Assembly (NCBI GenBank): GCA_965369865.1
Contig: CBDURU010000004.1
Span: forward strand, 7,201-71,200
Direction of reading: 5' to 3'
Length of the DNA: 64,000 nucleotides
From: an uncultured bacterium
GTDB taxonomy: Bacteria; JAJVIF01; JAPKYR01
Shown: positions 39,362 through 47,874 of the stretch, piece after piece
How positions within the stretch are numbered: position 1 is the stretch's first letter
Layout of the letters: every line of letters begins with the position of its first letter
The notes under the pieces: generated by a model
Seen by the model: the letters and a program-made list of their open reading frames with translations, nothing else
Told to the model about the DNA's origin: nothing
Database searches by the model: none
Made by a program: the position numbers and the translations under genes

Positions 39362-39400
39362 AAGCCCCCGGTTCCCACAACCGGGGGTGATTTTTTTCTT
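39362..39400 (+). terminator. Rho-independent terminator on the plus strand, with a T-run only on the plus side
   Basis: AAAGCCCCCGGTT-CCCAC-AACCGGGGGTGA is followed by TTTTTTT. Upstream at 39181-39285 there is a 16 bp near-perfect hairpin (CCGGGACACCTCAAAT...ATTTGATGGTGTCCCGG) enclosed by the closing stem AGGGCT/AGCCCT. Confidence 0.5.
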
Positions 39401-39412
39401 CCCATAATGAGT

Positions 39413-39462
39413 AATACCAATCTTAGATTCAGGGACGCCTTTCCATGAATTCAAAGCGTGTA
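39413..39462. repeat. Dispersed intergenic repeat, compact copy B
   Basis: TACCAATCTTAGATTCAGGGACGCCTTTCCATGAATTCAAAGCGT matches the two ends of the element at 3283-3440 but lacks the internal inverted-repeat insert. Confidence 0.6.
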
Positions 39463-39829
39463 AGGCCAATGCCGTTAAATAAAAATTGATAGGACATATT
39501 TAGTATTGATGTACGTCGTACACTTACATTTGGGAATGATTCAGGATTTTTTTGAAGATCGGGGACACCTGCTTTTCGACGGGCGAAAAGAGATGTCCCC
39601 AGTATTAGCAGACGAACTCAGGCTTGCGGGATGGAGATGTCTCACTCGGCTTGCCGACGCCACGCGATTAGGCCGCCGCCATGCGTTTATAATTCTACGG
39701 TCGTTAAAATTACCCTTGTATCACCGTCACCATTCGGGTATGTTTTAGAATTATTGTTTGGATAGTTTTGTAAGTCATTGGCCTCCCCCCCTTAATCCCC
39801 CCCGCAAGCGGTGGGGAGGTATGGTGTTT

Positions 39830-39985
39830 GTCCTTTAATTGTAACGCAGGCAGCTTGCCTGCAGTACCGCGGACAGCTTGTCCTTTAATTGTAACGCAGG
39901 CAGCTTGCCTCCAGTACCGCGGACAGCTTGTCCTTAAATTGTAACGCAGGCAGCTTGCCTGCAGTACCGCGGACAGCTTGTCCGC
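39830..39985. repeat. Three tandem 50 bp direct repeats, each carrying two short hairpins, abutting the alaS start
   Basis: Unit GTCCTTTAATTGTAACGCAGGCAGCTTGCCTGCAGTACCGCGGACAGCTT repeats three times with 2 mismatches in total. Each unit carries hairpins GCAGGCA-GCT-TGCCTGC and GGACA-GCT-TGTCC. A GC-rich inverted repeat (CCTCCCC...GGGGAGG) precedes the array at 39783-39818. Confidence 0.85.
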
Positions 39986-42632
39986 ATCAAAGGAACTAAA
40001 AGTGGAAACATCCAGGCTCAGATCGCTTTTCCTCGACTTCTTCAAGTCAAAGGATCACCACATAGAACCGTCCGCAAGCCTTGTCCCCTCAGCGGATGAT
40101 AAATCGCTTCTGTTAATCAACGCGGGAATGGCGCCGCTCAAGCCTTACTTCACCGGATTGCAGGCACCCCCGTCCACACGTATCGCTTCGTGCCAGCGAT
40201 GTCTTCGCACAAATGACATTGATGAGGTCGGTCGAACACCCCGTCATCTGACCATGTTTGAAATGCTCGGTAATTTCTCCTTCGGCGATTATTTCAAAGA
40301 GGAGATAATCATATGGAGCTGGGAATTTATCACGGACTGGTTGAAAATCCCGGTCGAGAAGCTCAGGATCAGCGTTCACGAAAAAGACGATGAGGCTTTT
40401 TCAATCTGGGAAAAGGAGGTCGGTGTTCGCTCGGACTGGATTTACCGGCTAGGCGACGAGGATAACTTCTGGTTCATGGCCGACACAGGTCCATGCGGGC
40501 CTGACAGTGAAATTTTCTATGACATTGGCGAGGAACTTGGTCCCGACCAGACACCCGCTAAAGATGGGGATCGATGGGTGGAAATCTGGAACCTGGTTTT
40601 TACGCAGTTTGACCGCCAGGCCGACGGAACTCTCGTGCCACTGCCGAAAAAAAATGTCGACACGGGAATGGGTCTTGAAAGAACAGCGATGGCATTGCAG
40701 GGAAAACATTCCGTGTTTGAAGTGGATATATTCAAGCCAATTTCAGACTTTTATAAAACCGAGACTAAAAAGGAAATTCTCGAATCCGAAAGTTATATTT
40801 CGGCTGGTGTTAACTCGCTGTATGTGGTGTCGGACCACATCCGGGCGGTCTCGATGCTCCTCGCGGACGGAGTGCACCCGGGGAACGAGGGCAGGGGTTA
40901 TATACTCCGGAGAATCCTTCGACGGGCGCTTGTCCATTTGCGCCGCCTTGGCCGGCATGAAGGCGGACTTATTAAAGCGTTCCCGATTGTACTCGATCAG
41001 CTTGGGGAAACATATCCACTTTTACTTGAGCGCAGAGACCACATCGCAAATTTAATCCGGCACGAGGAGCAGAATTTCCTGAAAACCCTCGATGCCGGTG
41101 TCCAGCGATTGGAAAATGCGATAGAGAGTGTCGGGGATGAGAAAATCCTGCCGGGTGAAATAGCATTCGAGATGTTCGACACTTACGGCGTCCCGCTTGA
41201 TGTCACAATCGAAATGGCCCAGGCAAGGGGAATGGAAGTCGATGTGGTCAGCTACACTGACGCACTGGAAACCGCACGGAGGATATCCCGCGAGGTCACG
41301 GATGAGACGCTTGACGCCGATAACGCCGCTCGCCAGGCTGTGAAAACCACCGATGAAACTGAATTCATTGGCTATGATTTCTATCGCGAAACGTCATCTC
41401 TCATTGAATTCGATCCCGCGCACAATTTCATCGTAATCGAAAAAACTCCGTTTTATGCCGAAATGGGTGGTCAGACCGGGGATACGGGCGCACTGCGGTT
41501 TAAGGATGGGGAATTCAAAGTTACCGGCACCCAGATTGTCGGCAATGTTGTCGTCCATAAAATCGATCCCGAAAAGACTACCGGCGATCCATCAAATCTG
41601 AAACCCGGCGATCCAATCGAAGCGATTGTCGATATCGATAGAAGGCTTGGAATCCAGAGAGCGCATACCGGGACTCATCTACTTCATGCAGCCTTAAGGG
41701 TTGTCCTTGGCGATCATGTGCAGCAGGCGGGATCGGCGGTCGAGCCGGATCGATTCCGCTTCGATTTCACCCATTTCCAACCGCTTACAAGGGAGGAAAC
41801 CCGAAAAATAGAGGACTGGGCGAACGAGCGGGTATTCGCGGAACATGACGTGTTTACCAGGGATGTTTCGTACGATGATGCGATCGAGGCAGGCGCGATT
41901 GCATTGTTCGGCGAAAAATATCCCGAAACTGTCCGGATGGTCTGGATCGGCGGACGTGAGACTGAGCCAGTTCCAGGGCAGGTTCAATCGACCGAGCTTT
42001 GCGGCGGCACGCATGTAAAAAACACAGGTGTCATCGGGCTGATAAAAATTGTTGGGGAGGAATCGATAGCAAGCGGCGTACGGCGGATCGAGGTTTTGAC
42101 GGGTCGTCGATCGTACGAATTTATGCAGGATGAGGACATGACACTTCATCATATTTCAGACGCGATGCACATGCCCATCCAGCACCTCGAACGCGGGGTC
42201 CGGAAGCATCTCGAAATACAGAAACGCCTGGAGAGGGAAGTCAGGGATCTCGAATCGAAGCTGATTTCAGGTGAGGGCGGCGGAGCGTTCGAAGATTTCA
42301 CATCGGGTGACATTAAAGCCAGGATATACCCGTTACAATCTCTCGCGCCCGATGCGGTCGCGAAATTGCTCGATAAAGCAGTGGAGGAGGATCGGGTTCA
42401 CATCGCGTTCGCTGTCACCGACCATGATGGCAAGGGAACGTTGATGATCCGTTGTTCCGACGAAGCGATAAAAGCCGGACTGCATGCGGGGAATTTCGTG
42501 AAGAAGGTCGCGGGTGCCATGGGGGGCCGTGGTGGAGGAAAGCCGTCATTCGCCCGTGGCGGCGTGGACGCATCCCGCTACGAAGAAGGTTCTCTGGCAT
42601 ACCGCGATGTTTTAACAGGCGGAATTAACTGA
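39978..42632 (+). CDS. alaS: Alanine--tRNA ligase
   Basis: 884 aa. Class II catalytic motifs are near the N-terminus (FLDFFKSKDH, LLLINAGMAPLKPYF). The editing domain has HTGTHLLH and a zinc site (CGGTHV), and the C-terminal DHHA1-like domain is present. The listed start is TTG at 39978 inside the last tandem repeat; GTG at 40002 is an equally plausible start. Confidence 0.9.
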   Translation: MSASKELKVETSRLRSLFLDFFKSKDHHIEPSASLVPSADDKSLLLINAGMAPLKPYFTGLQAPPSTRIASCQRCLRTNDIDEVGRTPRHLTMFEMLGNFSFGDYFKEEIIIWSWEFITDWLKIPVEKLRISVHEKDDEAFSIWEKEVGVRSDWIYRLGDEDNFWFMADTGPCGPDSEIFYDIGEELGPDQTPAKDGDRWVEIWNLVFTQFDRQADGTLVPLPKKNVDTGMGLERTAMALQGKHSVFEVDIFKPISDFYKTETKKEILESESYISAGVNSLYVVSDHIRAVSMLLADGVHPGNEGRGYILRRILRRALVHLRRLGRHEGGLIKAFPIVLDQLGETYPLLLERRDHIANLIRHEEQNFLKTLDAGVQRLENAIESVGDEKILPGEIAFEMFDTYGVPLDVTIEMAQARGMEVDVVSYTDALETARRISREVTDETLDADNAARQAVKTTDETEFIGYDFYRETSSLIEFDPAHNFIVIEKTPFYAEMGGQTGDTGALRFKDGEFKVTGTQIVGNVVVHKIDPEKTTGDPSNLKPGDPIEAIVDIDRRLGIQRAHTGTHLLHAALRVVLGDHVQQAGSAVEPDRFRFDFTHFQPLTREETRKIEDWANERVFAEHDVFTRDVSYDDAIEAGAIALFGEKYPETVRMVWIGGRETEPVPGQVQSTELCGGTHVKNTGVIGLIKIVGEESIASGVRRIEVLTGRRSYEFMQDEDMTLHHISDAMHMPIQHLERGVRKHLEIQKRLEREVRDLESKLISGEGGGAFEDFTSGDIKARIYPLQSLAPDAVAKLLDKAVEEDRVHIAFAVTDHDGKGTLMIRCSDEAIKAGLHAGNFVKKVAGAMGGRGGGKPSFARGGVDASRYEEGSLAYRDVLTGGIN

Positions 42633-42725
42633 CTTTTTTGAGAGCTTCTTCTCTTGCTTGGCTTACACCAATTAATACATCCAACAAAGGACCTGCTTGG
42701 GTAAGATTTAGCGTGAAGTGTGGCA

Positions 42726-42965
42726 TTAAGAGTTAAGAAGGCGTGTAATAACCTGCATTTGTTCAACTGCTTGAATTCTCTTAACTAAAAACGGGGTTTC
42801 AACACCAAATTTTTCGTATCCAGCTTTTAAAGCGTCTTCATAAGCTGCATATATTCCTGCGATGGTGTCTCCTTTAATAAGGACAAATTTCCCTTCGTCA
42901 GCGTCCAGCCGGGATAAATTTGCCTTATACGTTTGTAATTCTTTTTCCAGTGCCATAGAATCCAA
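42726..42965 (-). CDS. Small hypothetical protein (79 aa)
   Basis: ORF in an AT-rich spacer with a plausible RBS (AAGGGG) upstream. No family was recognised. Confidence 0.3.
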   Translation of the reverse strand: MDSMALEKELQTYKANLSRLDADEGKFVLIKGDTIAGIYAAYEDALKAGYEKFGVETPFLVKRIQAVEQMQVITRLLNS

Positions 42966-43147
42966 CCCCTTACATGGTTGAAATACGTTGGATGACTTTG
43001 GGTCCTTTATCGTACATCACTCAAAACCAGGATGCAACTATCAAAAATATCGTCCAAATCTGGGGTTTATGTTACAATTATATCATATTTGTACATGATC
43101 CAATAGACAAAGTTATACAGACTATGCGATTGGCACATTTTAAAGTC

Positions 43148-43576
43148 TTAATTTTGAACCAGGCTTAATTCCAGATCCACCCGCTCGAACCTTCCCGGAC
43201 GGACCCGTACTACCGTCTCCCCCCCAAACGGTGAACCTCGCGCATTCAGGTAAATTAGTCGATATATCCCCTGCCTAAGCCCCATGAGCCTGAAACTCCC
43301 GGTCTGGTTACATCGCTCCTGGGCTATCAATTTACCTTCTTCGTCCAATGCCTGAACAGTTCCGTACGCCTGCGGATTGCCGTCGACATAAACCGTACCC
43401 GCGATAGATCCCAGCGCTTCACCCCAGGCGCTGTCTACAAATTCAGATACTAGTCCTGAACCCGATTCTTCCCCGGTATCTTCTCCCGCAGACTCCGGAC
43501 ACCCGACCAGGGACAATAACAGAATGGCGGAAAAGATGTAAATGAAAGATTTCAGGACTATAAACCGTATTTTCAT
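43148..43576 (-). CDS. Small lipoprotein with a carboxypeptidase-regulatory-like beta-sandwich
   Basis: 142 aa. It has a signal peptide with lipobox LSLVGC. The mature part (GTVYVDGNPQAYGTVQALDEEGKLIA...TGSFRLMGLRQGIYRL) resembles CarboxypepD_reg-like domains. Confidence 0.5.
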   Translation of the reverse strand: MKIRFIVLKSFIYIFSAILLLSLVGCPESAGEDTGEESGSGLVSEFVDSAWGEALGSIAGTVYVDGNPQAYGTVQALDEEGKLIAQERCNQTGSFRLMGLRQGIYRLIYLNARGSPFGGETVVRVRPGRFERVDLELSLVQN

Positions 43577-43712
43577 TATTCAAATCCTCCATGGATCCGA
43601 GTTGGACGATCGCGGTTACAGTGTTTAGATTATAACATTACCGGTTGGGTTCGTTTGGATTCAGATAAAATGAGCGCTAAGTCTTTAGTAATTTCCTGTT
43701 ATAATACACCAC

Positions 43713-44756
43713 ATGAATAAACAATATTTACTTCAGATAGCTGATTTCTGGAAGACACGGATACTCCTTACGGCAGTCGACTTAGAAATATTCCCGCTCC
43801 TGCAGGAACCTGTTACAGCTTCGTATGTCGCTACAGCTAAAGATCTCGATACTGGGGCAACCGAACGTCTCATGGACGCTCTCGTCGCGTTGGAAATTCT
43901 CCATAAGACCGATAATGATTATGAAATCACCCACCACTACAAGAATGAACTTGGGGATGGTGTGCATTCCATTATCGGGATGCTGAGGCACCGGCTTCAC
44001 CTTTGGAAATCCTGGTCCATGCTCAGTGAGATTGTCAGGTCCGGAAAATGCTACTACGAATTAAAGGGTTCATATGATGAGCGTGGTGAAAATCTTGGGG
44101 ATTTCATCCGTGCGATGGCGGCGTCCGGGGCAGGTGTTGCGGAAGAAACATTAATCGCGCTGGACCTTGAAGCTTTTGGGGGAGTAGGGGATGTCGATTC
44201 GGTTCTCGATATCGGTGGAGGGCCGGCGATCTTCGCGATTGAATTCTGCAAAGCCCTTCCTGGAATCAGGATGGTAATTCTCGACCGTCCGGGCGTGAAA
44301 GAAATCGCGGCGGAATTTCTTGAGAATTCTCCGTATAAGGATCAAATTTCATTTATTGATGGCGATGTGCTGACAGTCGATGACGCGGGTGTTACCGGTG
44401 AAGCGGGAGATAAAAAATTCGACATTGTTTTCGCGTCTAACCTGATTCATTCGATGTCCCCCCATGAGGTTCGGGAACTTTTAAGTCGGATGGGTAGATG
44501 GGCCAATCCCGGCGGGCAGATCGTGTTGAAGGATTTCTATCTCGAGGACAATCGAACACACCCCTCGCAATCGGCTTTATTCGATATCAATATGCTCACG
44601 AATACCCCGGAAGGAAAGAGTTACACGTGGTCGGAAGTTGAAGCCATGATGAATGACCTAGTAGATGAGAATGGCGAGAAAGTGGTTAAGAAAACCAGTC
44701 ATGTTTATCTAAGCGATGGATTTTCCGGGATGATTGTCGCTGATGTGAATGGATGA
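43713..44756 (+). CDS. Class I SAM-dependent O-methyltransferase (family 2, with an N-terminal dimerisation domain)
   Basis: 347 aa. Motif I (VLDIGGGPAIFA) and motif II/III spacing are typical of COMT/CrtF-like O-methyltransferases. Confidence 0.75.
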   Translation: MNKQYLLQIADFWKTRILLTAVDLEIFPLLQEPVTASYVATAKDLDTGATERLMDALVALEILHKTDNDYEITHHYKNELGDGVHSIIGMLRHRLHLWKSWSMLSEIVRSGKCYYELKGSYDERGENLGDFIRAMAASGAGVAEETLIALDLEAFGGVGDVDSVLDIGGGPAIFAIEFCKALPGIRMVILDRPGVKEIAAEFLENSPYKDQISFIDGDVLTVDDAGVTGEAGDKKFDIVFASNLIHSMSPHEVRELLSRMGRWANPGGQIVLKDFYLEDNRTHPSQSALFDINMLTNTPEGKSYTWSEVEAMMNDLVDENGEKVVKKTSHVYLSDGFSGMIVADVNG

Positions 44757-44840
44757 AAATGTATAGAACCCGTATCAGAGCCGCGAATGTTAATGAGGGG
44801 ATTTCCACTGGTACACCACTCACTGACGTTCGGGGCTCTG

Positions 44841-46769
44841 TTACAGACGTACAGGTCGGCATTCTTTATAGATCTGGTGCAATCCACAGGAAAGGCACCT
44901 GGATTCATTGCAGTCGGGGATCGTTATTTCATCGAGCGCGCGATGCCAGTCCTCCTTTAACCAGTCCTTATCGACCCCGCACGACAGGTGATCCCATGGC
45001 AGAATCTCGTCGATATCCCGTCCGCCGGAATACTCTTCAGGAACAATTCCCGTTTCCTTGAAAGCTGCGTCCCAGAGATCGGGGGCGCACCGGTCGCCCC
45101 ATGCGTCGAACCTGGCCCCCAGGCTGTATGCTTTCTCTATGGCGTCCGCCAGTCGACTGTCTCCGCGTGCCATGATGCCCTCGACCCAGCTCGATCCTGA
45201 ATCATGATATGAATATTCCACTCCTTTGATCCGGCGGAGTTCGGTGAGAAGTTTCTGCTTCCGGTTCAATTCCTCACCCGAATTCATCGGTGCCCACTGA
45301 AACGGGGTGTGCGATTTAGGGACAAAACTCGATACGCTGACTTTAATTTTCAAATTCCCGATTTCCGTCCTGCCTTCCTTTTTCAATTTCCTGGCTAAAC
45401 CGCGTATCCGTCCGACAAGGTCGATAATCCCCAGCACATCCTCATCCGTCTCGGTTGGAAGGCCGATCATGAAATAGAGCTTGATTAAATTCCATCCCGA
45501 TTCAACCGTGCTGGTAACGGCCATCTCAATATCTTCATCGGTTACCTCCTTGTTGATTACAGCCCTTAAACGCGACGTGGCGGCTTCGGGAGCGATCGTA
45601 AGTCCGCCTTTCCTGCTTGATTTCAGAAGTTCCAGCAAATCGCTATCGATTGCGGCGACCCTGTTTGACGGGAGGGTAATTCTCAGGTGAAAATCCCTGG
45701 ACTTATCCTGCATCCGCTTTATGAATTCCTTGAGACCGGGGTAATCGGTCGCGGACAACGCAAGGAAACTCTGTTCCTGCAGTCCGGTGTGCTCGAGCAA
45801 TTTTTCAGCCTGGTCGACAATTCGATCGACCGATCTTTCCCGGTACGGACGATAGATCATCCCGGCGTTACAGAACCTGCACCCATGAGTGCATCCGCGG
45901 ATCGGTTCGATTGTCACCCGATTCGATACGCCCTGCATATGAGGTGTCGGCGGATCGAGAACCCATGCTGAATTCTCAAGATCCGTGATCAACGCTTTTT
46001 GAATAACTTCAGGACCGCCGGCAGTGTTCTTTATACTTATTATAGATCCCCGGTCATCGCGGAGAATTTCAAAATGGCCCGGAACGTAAACTCCCTGTAT
46101 TGGTTTCGATCCTCCCGCTCCCCCCCAGGCATCCAGAATTTCAGATTTTACTGCCTTTTCACGTTCGATATTTCCCCGGGCGGAATCAATTTCGTCACGT
46201 CTTTTTAAAATCTCATCCGCCATCTCAAGCACAGCTTCCTCGCCATCCCCAAGGAGAACCGCGTCGACAAATGGCGCGATCGGTTCGGGATTGAACGCAG
46301 CCGGCCCGCCCGCGATCACAAGCGGTAATCCCCGGTCCTCCGCTCGAAGGGGAAGGCCCGCGAGGTCAATTACCTGGAGAAGATTTGTATAGCTCAATTC
46401 ATGGGTCAGCGATACCCCGATAACATCGAAACGGTGAGCCGGATGGTAACTTTCCAGTGAGTAAAGCGGCGTACCGGTCTCGCGCATTAATTTTTCCATA
46501 TCCGGCCACAGCGAATACGCGCGTTCGGCGAGTATATCAATGTGTGAATTGAGAATTTCCTGGATAAGGCGGTGTCCGAGATTCCCGACCGCGATTTCAT
46601 AGACATCGGGGAAAACAATTAAGATCCGGGCTTTCGCTTTGTCCCAGTCTTTTTTCCGAATCCCGATTTCCCCCGCGAAATACCGTCCGGGTTTGGCTAC
46701 ATGCGGGAGAATGTCATCGAGACGTTTTTTAATGGCGTCCGGGGAGTTTTCATTTTCATTGCTTGTCAC
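44841..46769 (-). CDS. B12-binding-domain radical SAM protein (TIGR03960-like)
   Basis: 642 aa. The N-terminal pattern (ILPHVAKPGRYFAGEIG) is followed by a B12-binding-like region and a radical SAM CxxxCxxC (CTHGCRFC) with a TIM-barrel core. Confidence 0.7.
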   Translation of the reverse strand: MTSNENENSPDAIKKRLDDILPHVAKPGRYFAGEIGIRKKDWDKAKARILIVFPDVYEIAVGNLGHRLIQEILNSHIDILAERAYSLWPDMEKLMRETGTPLYSLESYHPAHRFDVIGVSLTHELSYTNLLQVIDLAGLPLRAEDRGLPLVIAGGPAAFNPEPIAPFVDAVLLGDGEEAVLEMADEILKRRDEIDSARGNIEREKAVKSEILDAWGGAGGSKPIQGVYVPGHFEILRDDRGSIISIKNTAGGPEVIQKALITDLENSAWVLDPPTPHMQGVSNRVTIEPIRGCTHGCRFCNAGMIYRPYRERSVDRIVDQAEKLLEHTGLQEQSFLALSATDYPGLKEFIKRMQDKSRDFHLRITLPSNRVAAIDSDLLELLKSSRKGGLTIAPEAATSRLRAVINKEVTDEDIEMAVTSTVESGWNLIKLYFMIGLPTETDEDVLGIIDLVGRIRGLARKLKKEGRTEIGNLKIKVSVSSFVPKSHTPFQWAPMNSGEELNRKQKLLTELRRIKGVEYSYHDSGSSWVEGIMARGDSRLADAIEKAYSLGARFDAWGDRCAPDLWDAAFKETGIVPEEYSGGRDIDEILPWDHLSCGVDKDWLKEDWHRALDEITIPDCNESRCLSCGLHQIYKECRPVRL

Positions 46770-46863
46770 GGTTACACATTATACAGAAACTGGAGCCGCT
46801 ACGGGATGACAGCCCGTATCATCGCGTGTTAGAATGCTCGGTCAATAGTTAACCTTAATACCG

Positions 46864-47247
46864 ATGCCAGAAACCAATGAATTAATCGTACTTTTTATTG
46901 CCATCGCCATGGGCGCGGTTGGCCAGATCGCCATGAAAGCCGGTATGAACCGTGTTAAGGAGAAATCCGGCGGTGATCTCGGCCCTATGATCAAGGCCCT
47001 TCCCAGGATTTTCACCGATATCTATGTCCTTGCCGGGGTAACTATTTATGTGTTGTCGACGGTGCTCTGGTTATGGGTTCTTTCGAAAGTGCCACTCTCG
47101 TTCGCTTACCCGTGCATCAGCATCAGTTATATCATCATCATTATTGCAGGAAAGTGGGTATTTAAAGAACGGATCGATAAATGGAAAATCGCGGCGATCG
47201 TGCTGATCCTGCTCGGAGTCGCGGCGTTAGGATTGAGTGAAATATAA
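46864..47247 (+). CDS. Small 4-TM DMT/SMR-like membrane protein (half-transporter A)
   Basis: 127 aa with four predicted TM helices, EamA/SMR-like. It overlaps the next gene by 1 nt. Confidence 0.55.
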   Translation: MPETNELIVLFIAIAMGAVGQIAMKAGMNRVKEKSGGDLGPMIKALPRIFTDIYVLAGVTIYVLSTVLWLWVLSKVPLSFAYPCISISYIIIIIAGKWVFKERIDKWKIAAIVLILLGVAALGLSEI

Positions 47248-47672
47248 TGGCCTCCACTCCCGAAACAGCAGGGAAAACAGCATCAATAACGATGGTAATT
47301 TTCATCATCTCGATGGTGTTCCTGGCAGGTGTTGGGCAATTATTCATTAAATATGGGGTGAATCAGGTCACCGATCAAATCGGCCATTTCCCAACCGACC
47401 CGGTGGGATTCATTAAACTTGTTTTCTTCTGGCCGGTATTCTCGGGACTGTGCATCTATTTCTTCTTCGGTATGGCATGGTTGAAAATACTCGCCGATGT
47501 GCCGGTTAGCTTTGCATTCCCTTTTCTTGCGATCAGTTATATCGTGATAATTATTGGAAGCTACTTGTTCCTTGGCGAGAATATAAACATCCTGAAACTA
47601 TTCGCTATTGCGCTCATAATTATGGGTGTAATCTGCCTCTCCCGTTCCGATACAACCCAGGCCGCAACGTAA
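47247..47672 (+). CDS. Small 4-TM DMT/SMR-like membrane protein (half-transporter B)
   Basis: 141 aa with four predicted TM helices, a paralog of the preceding gene. The pairing resembles ArnE/ArnF or paired SMR heterodimers. Confidence 0.55.
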   Translation: MASTPETAGKTASITMVIFIISMVFLAGVGQLFIKYGVNQVTDQIGHFPTDPVGFIKLVFFWPVFSGLCIYFFFGMAWLKILADVPVSFAFPFLAISYIVIIIGSYLFLGENINILKLFAIALIIMGVICLSRSDTTQAAT

Positions 47673-47874
47673 ATAAAATATGATGTCAGGTTCTCCCGAC
47701 TACCCTGCCACGGGGCAAATCCCGCCTTCCATGGCTTATTTTAATCGAATCCAACCAGACTTAAAAAATGGGCTCTTGTTAGGATATGTTTAATTTAACT
47801 TTAATTATATAGCCTCTGTACAGGCGATTCTAATTTGATTGTATGTGTAAAGTACTGAATCTTTTGGAGCTAAA

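Noticed and set aside
39181-39400. Possible SRP RNA, tRNA or TPP riboswitch identity for the structured region next to the YkoF-like gene
   Set aside because: Neither strand contains the SRP RNA helix-8 consensus (GGUCCGGAAGGAAGCAGC-like), a tRNA T-loop/acceptor arrangement, or the THI-box CUGAGA element. It is kept only as an unclassified candidate sRNA/terminator.
39506-39748. 80 aa plus-strand ORF, and the overlapping 111 aa minus-strand ORF, in the alaS upstream region
   Set aside because: They have no RBS, no domain signal and poor coding appearance within a repeat-rich structured intergenic region. They are likely spurious.
39830-39985. CRISPR array interpretation of the 50 bp tandem repeats
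   Set aside because: The units are directly adjacent with no unique spacers between them, and no cas genes are nearby. It is a simple tandem repeat.
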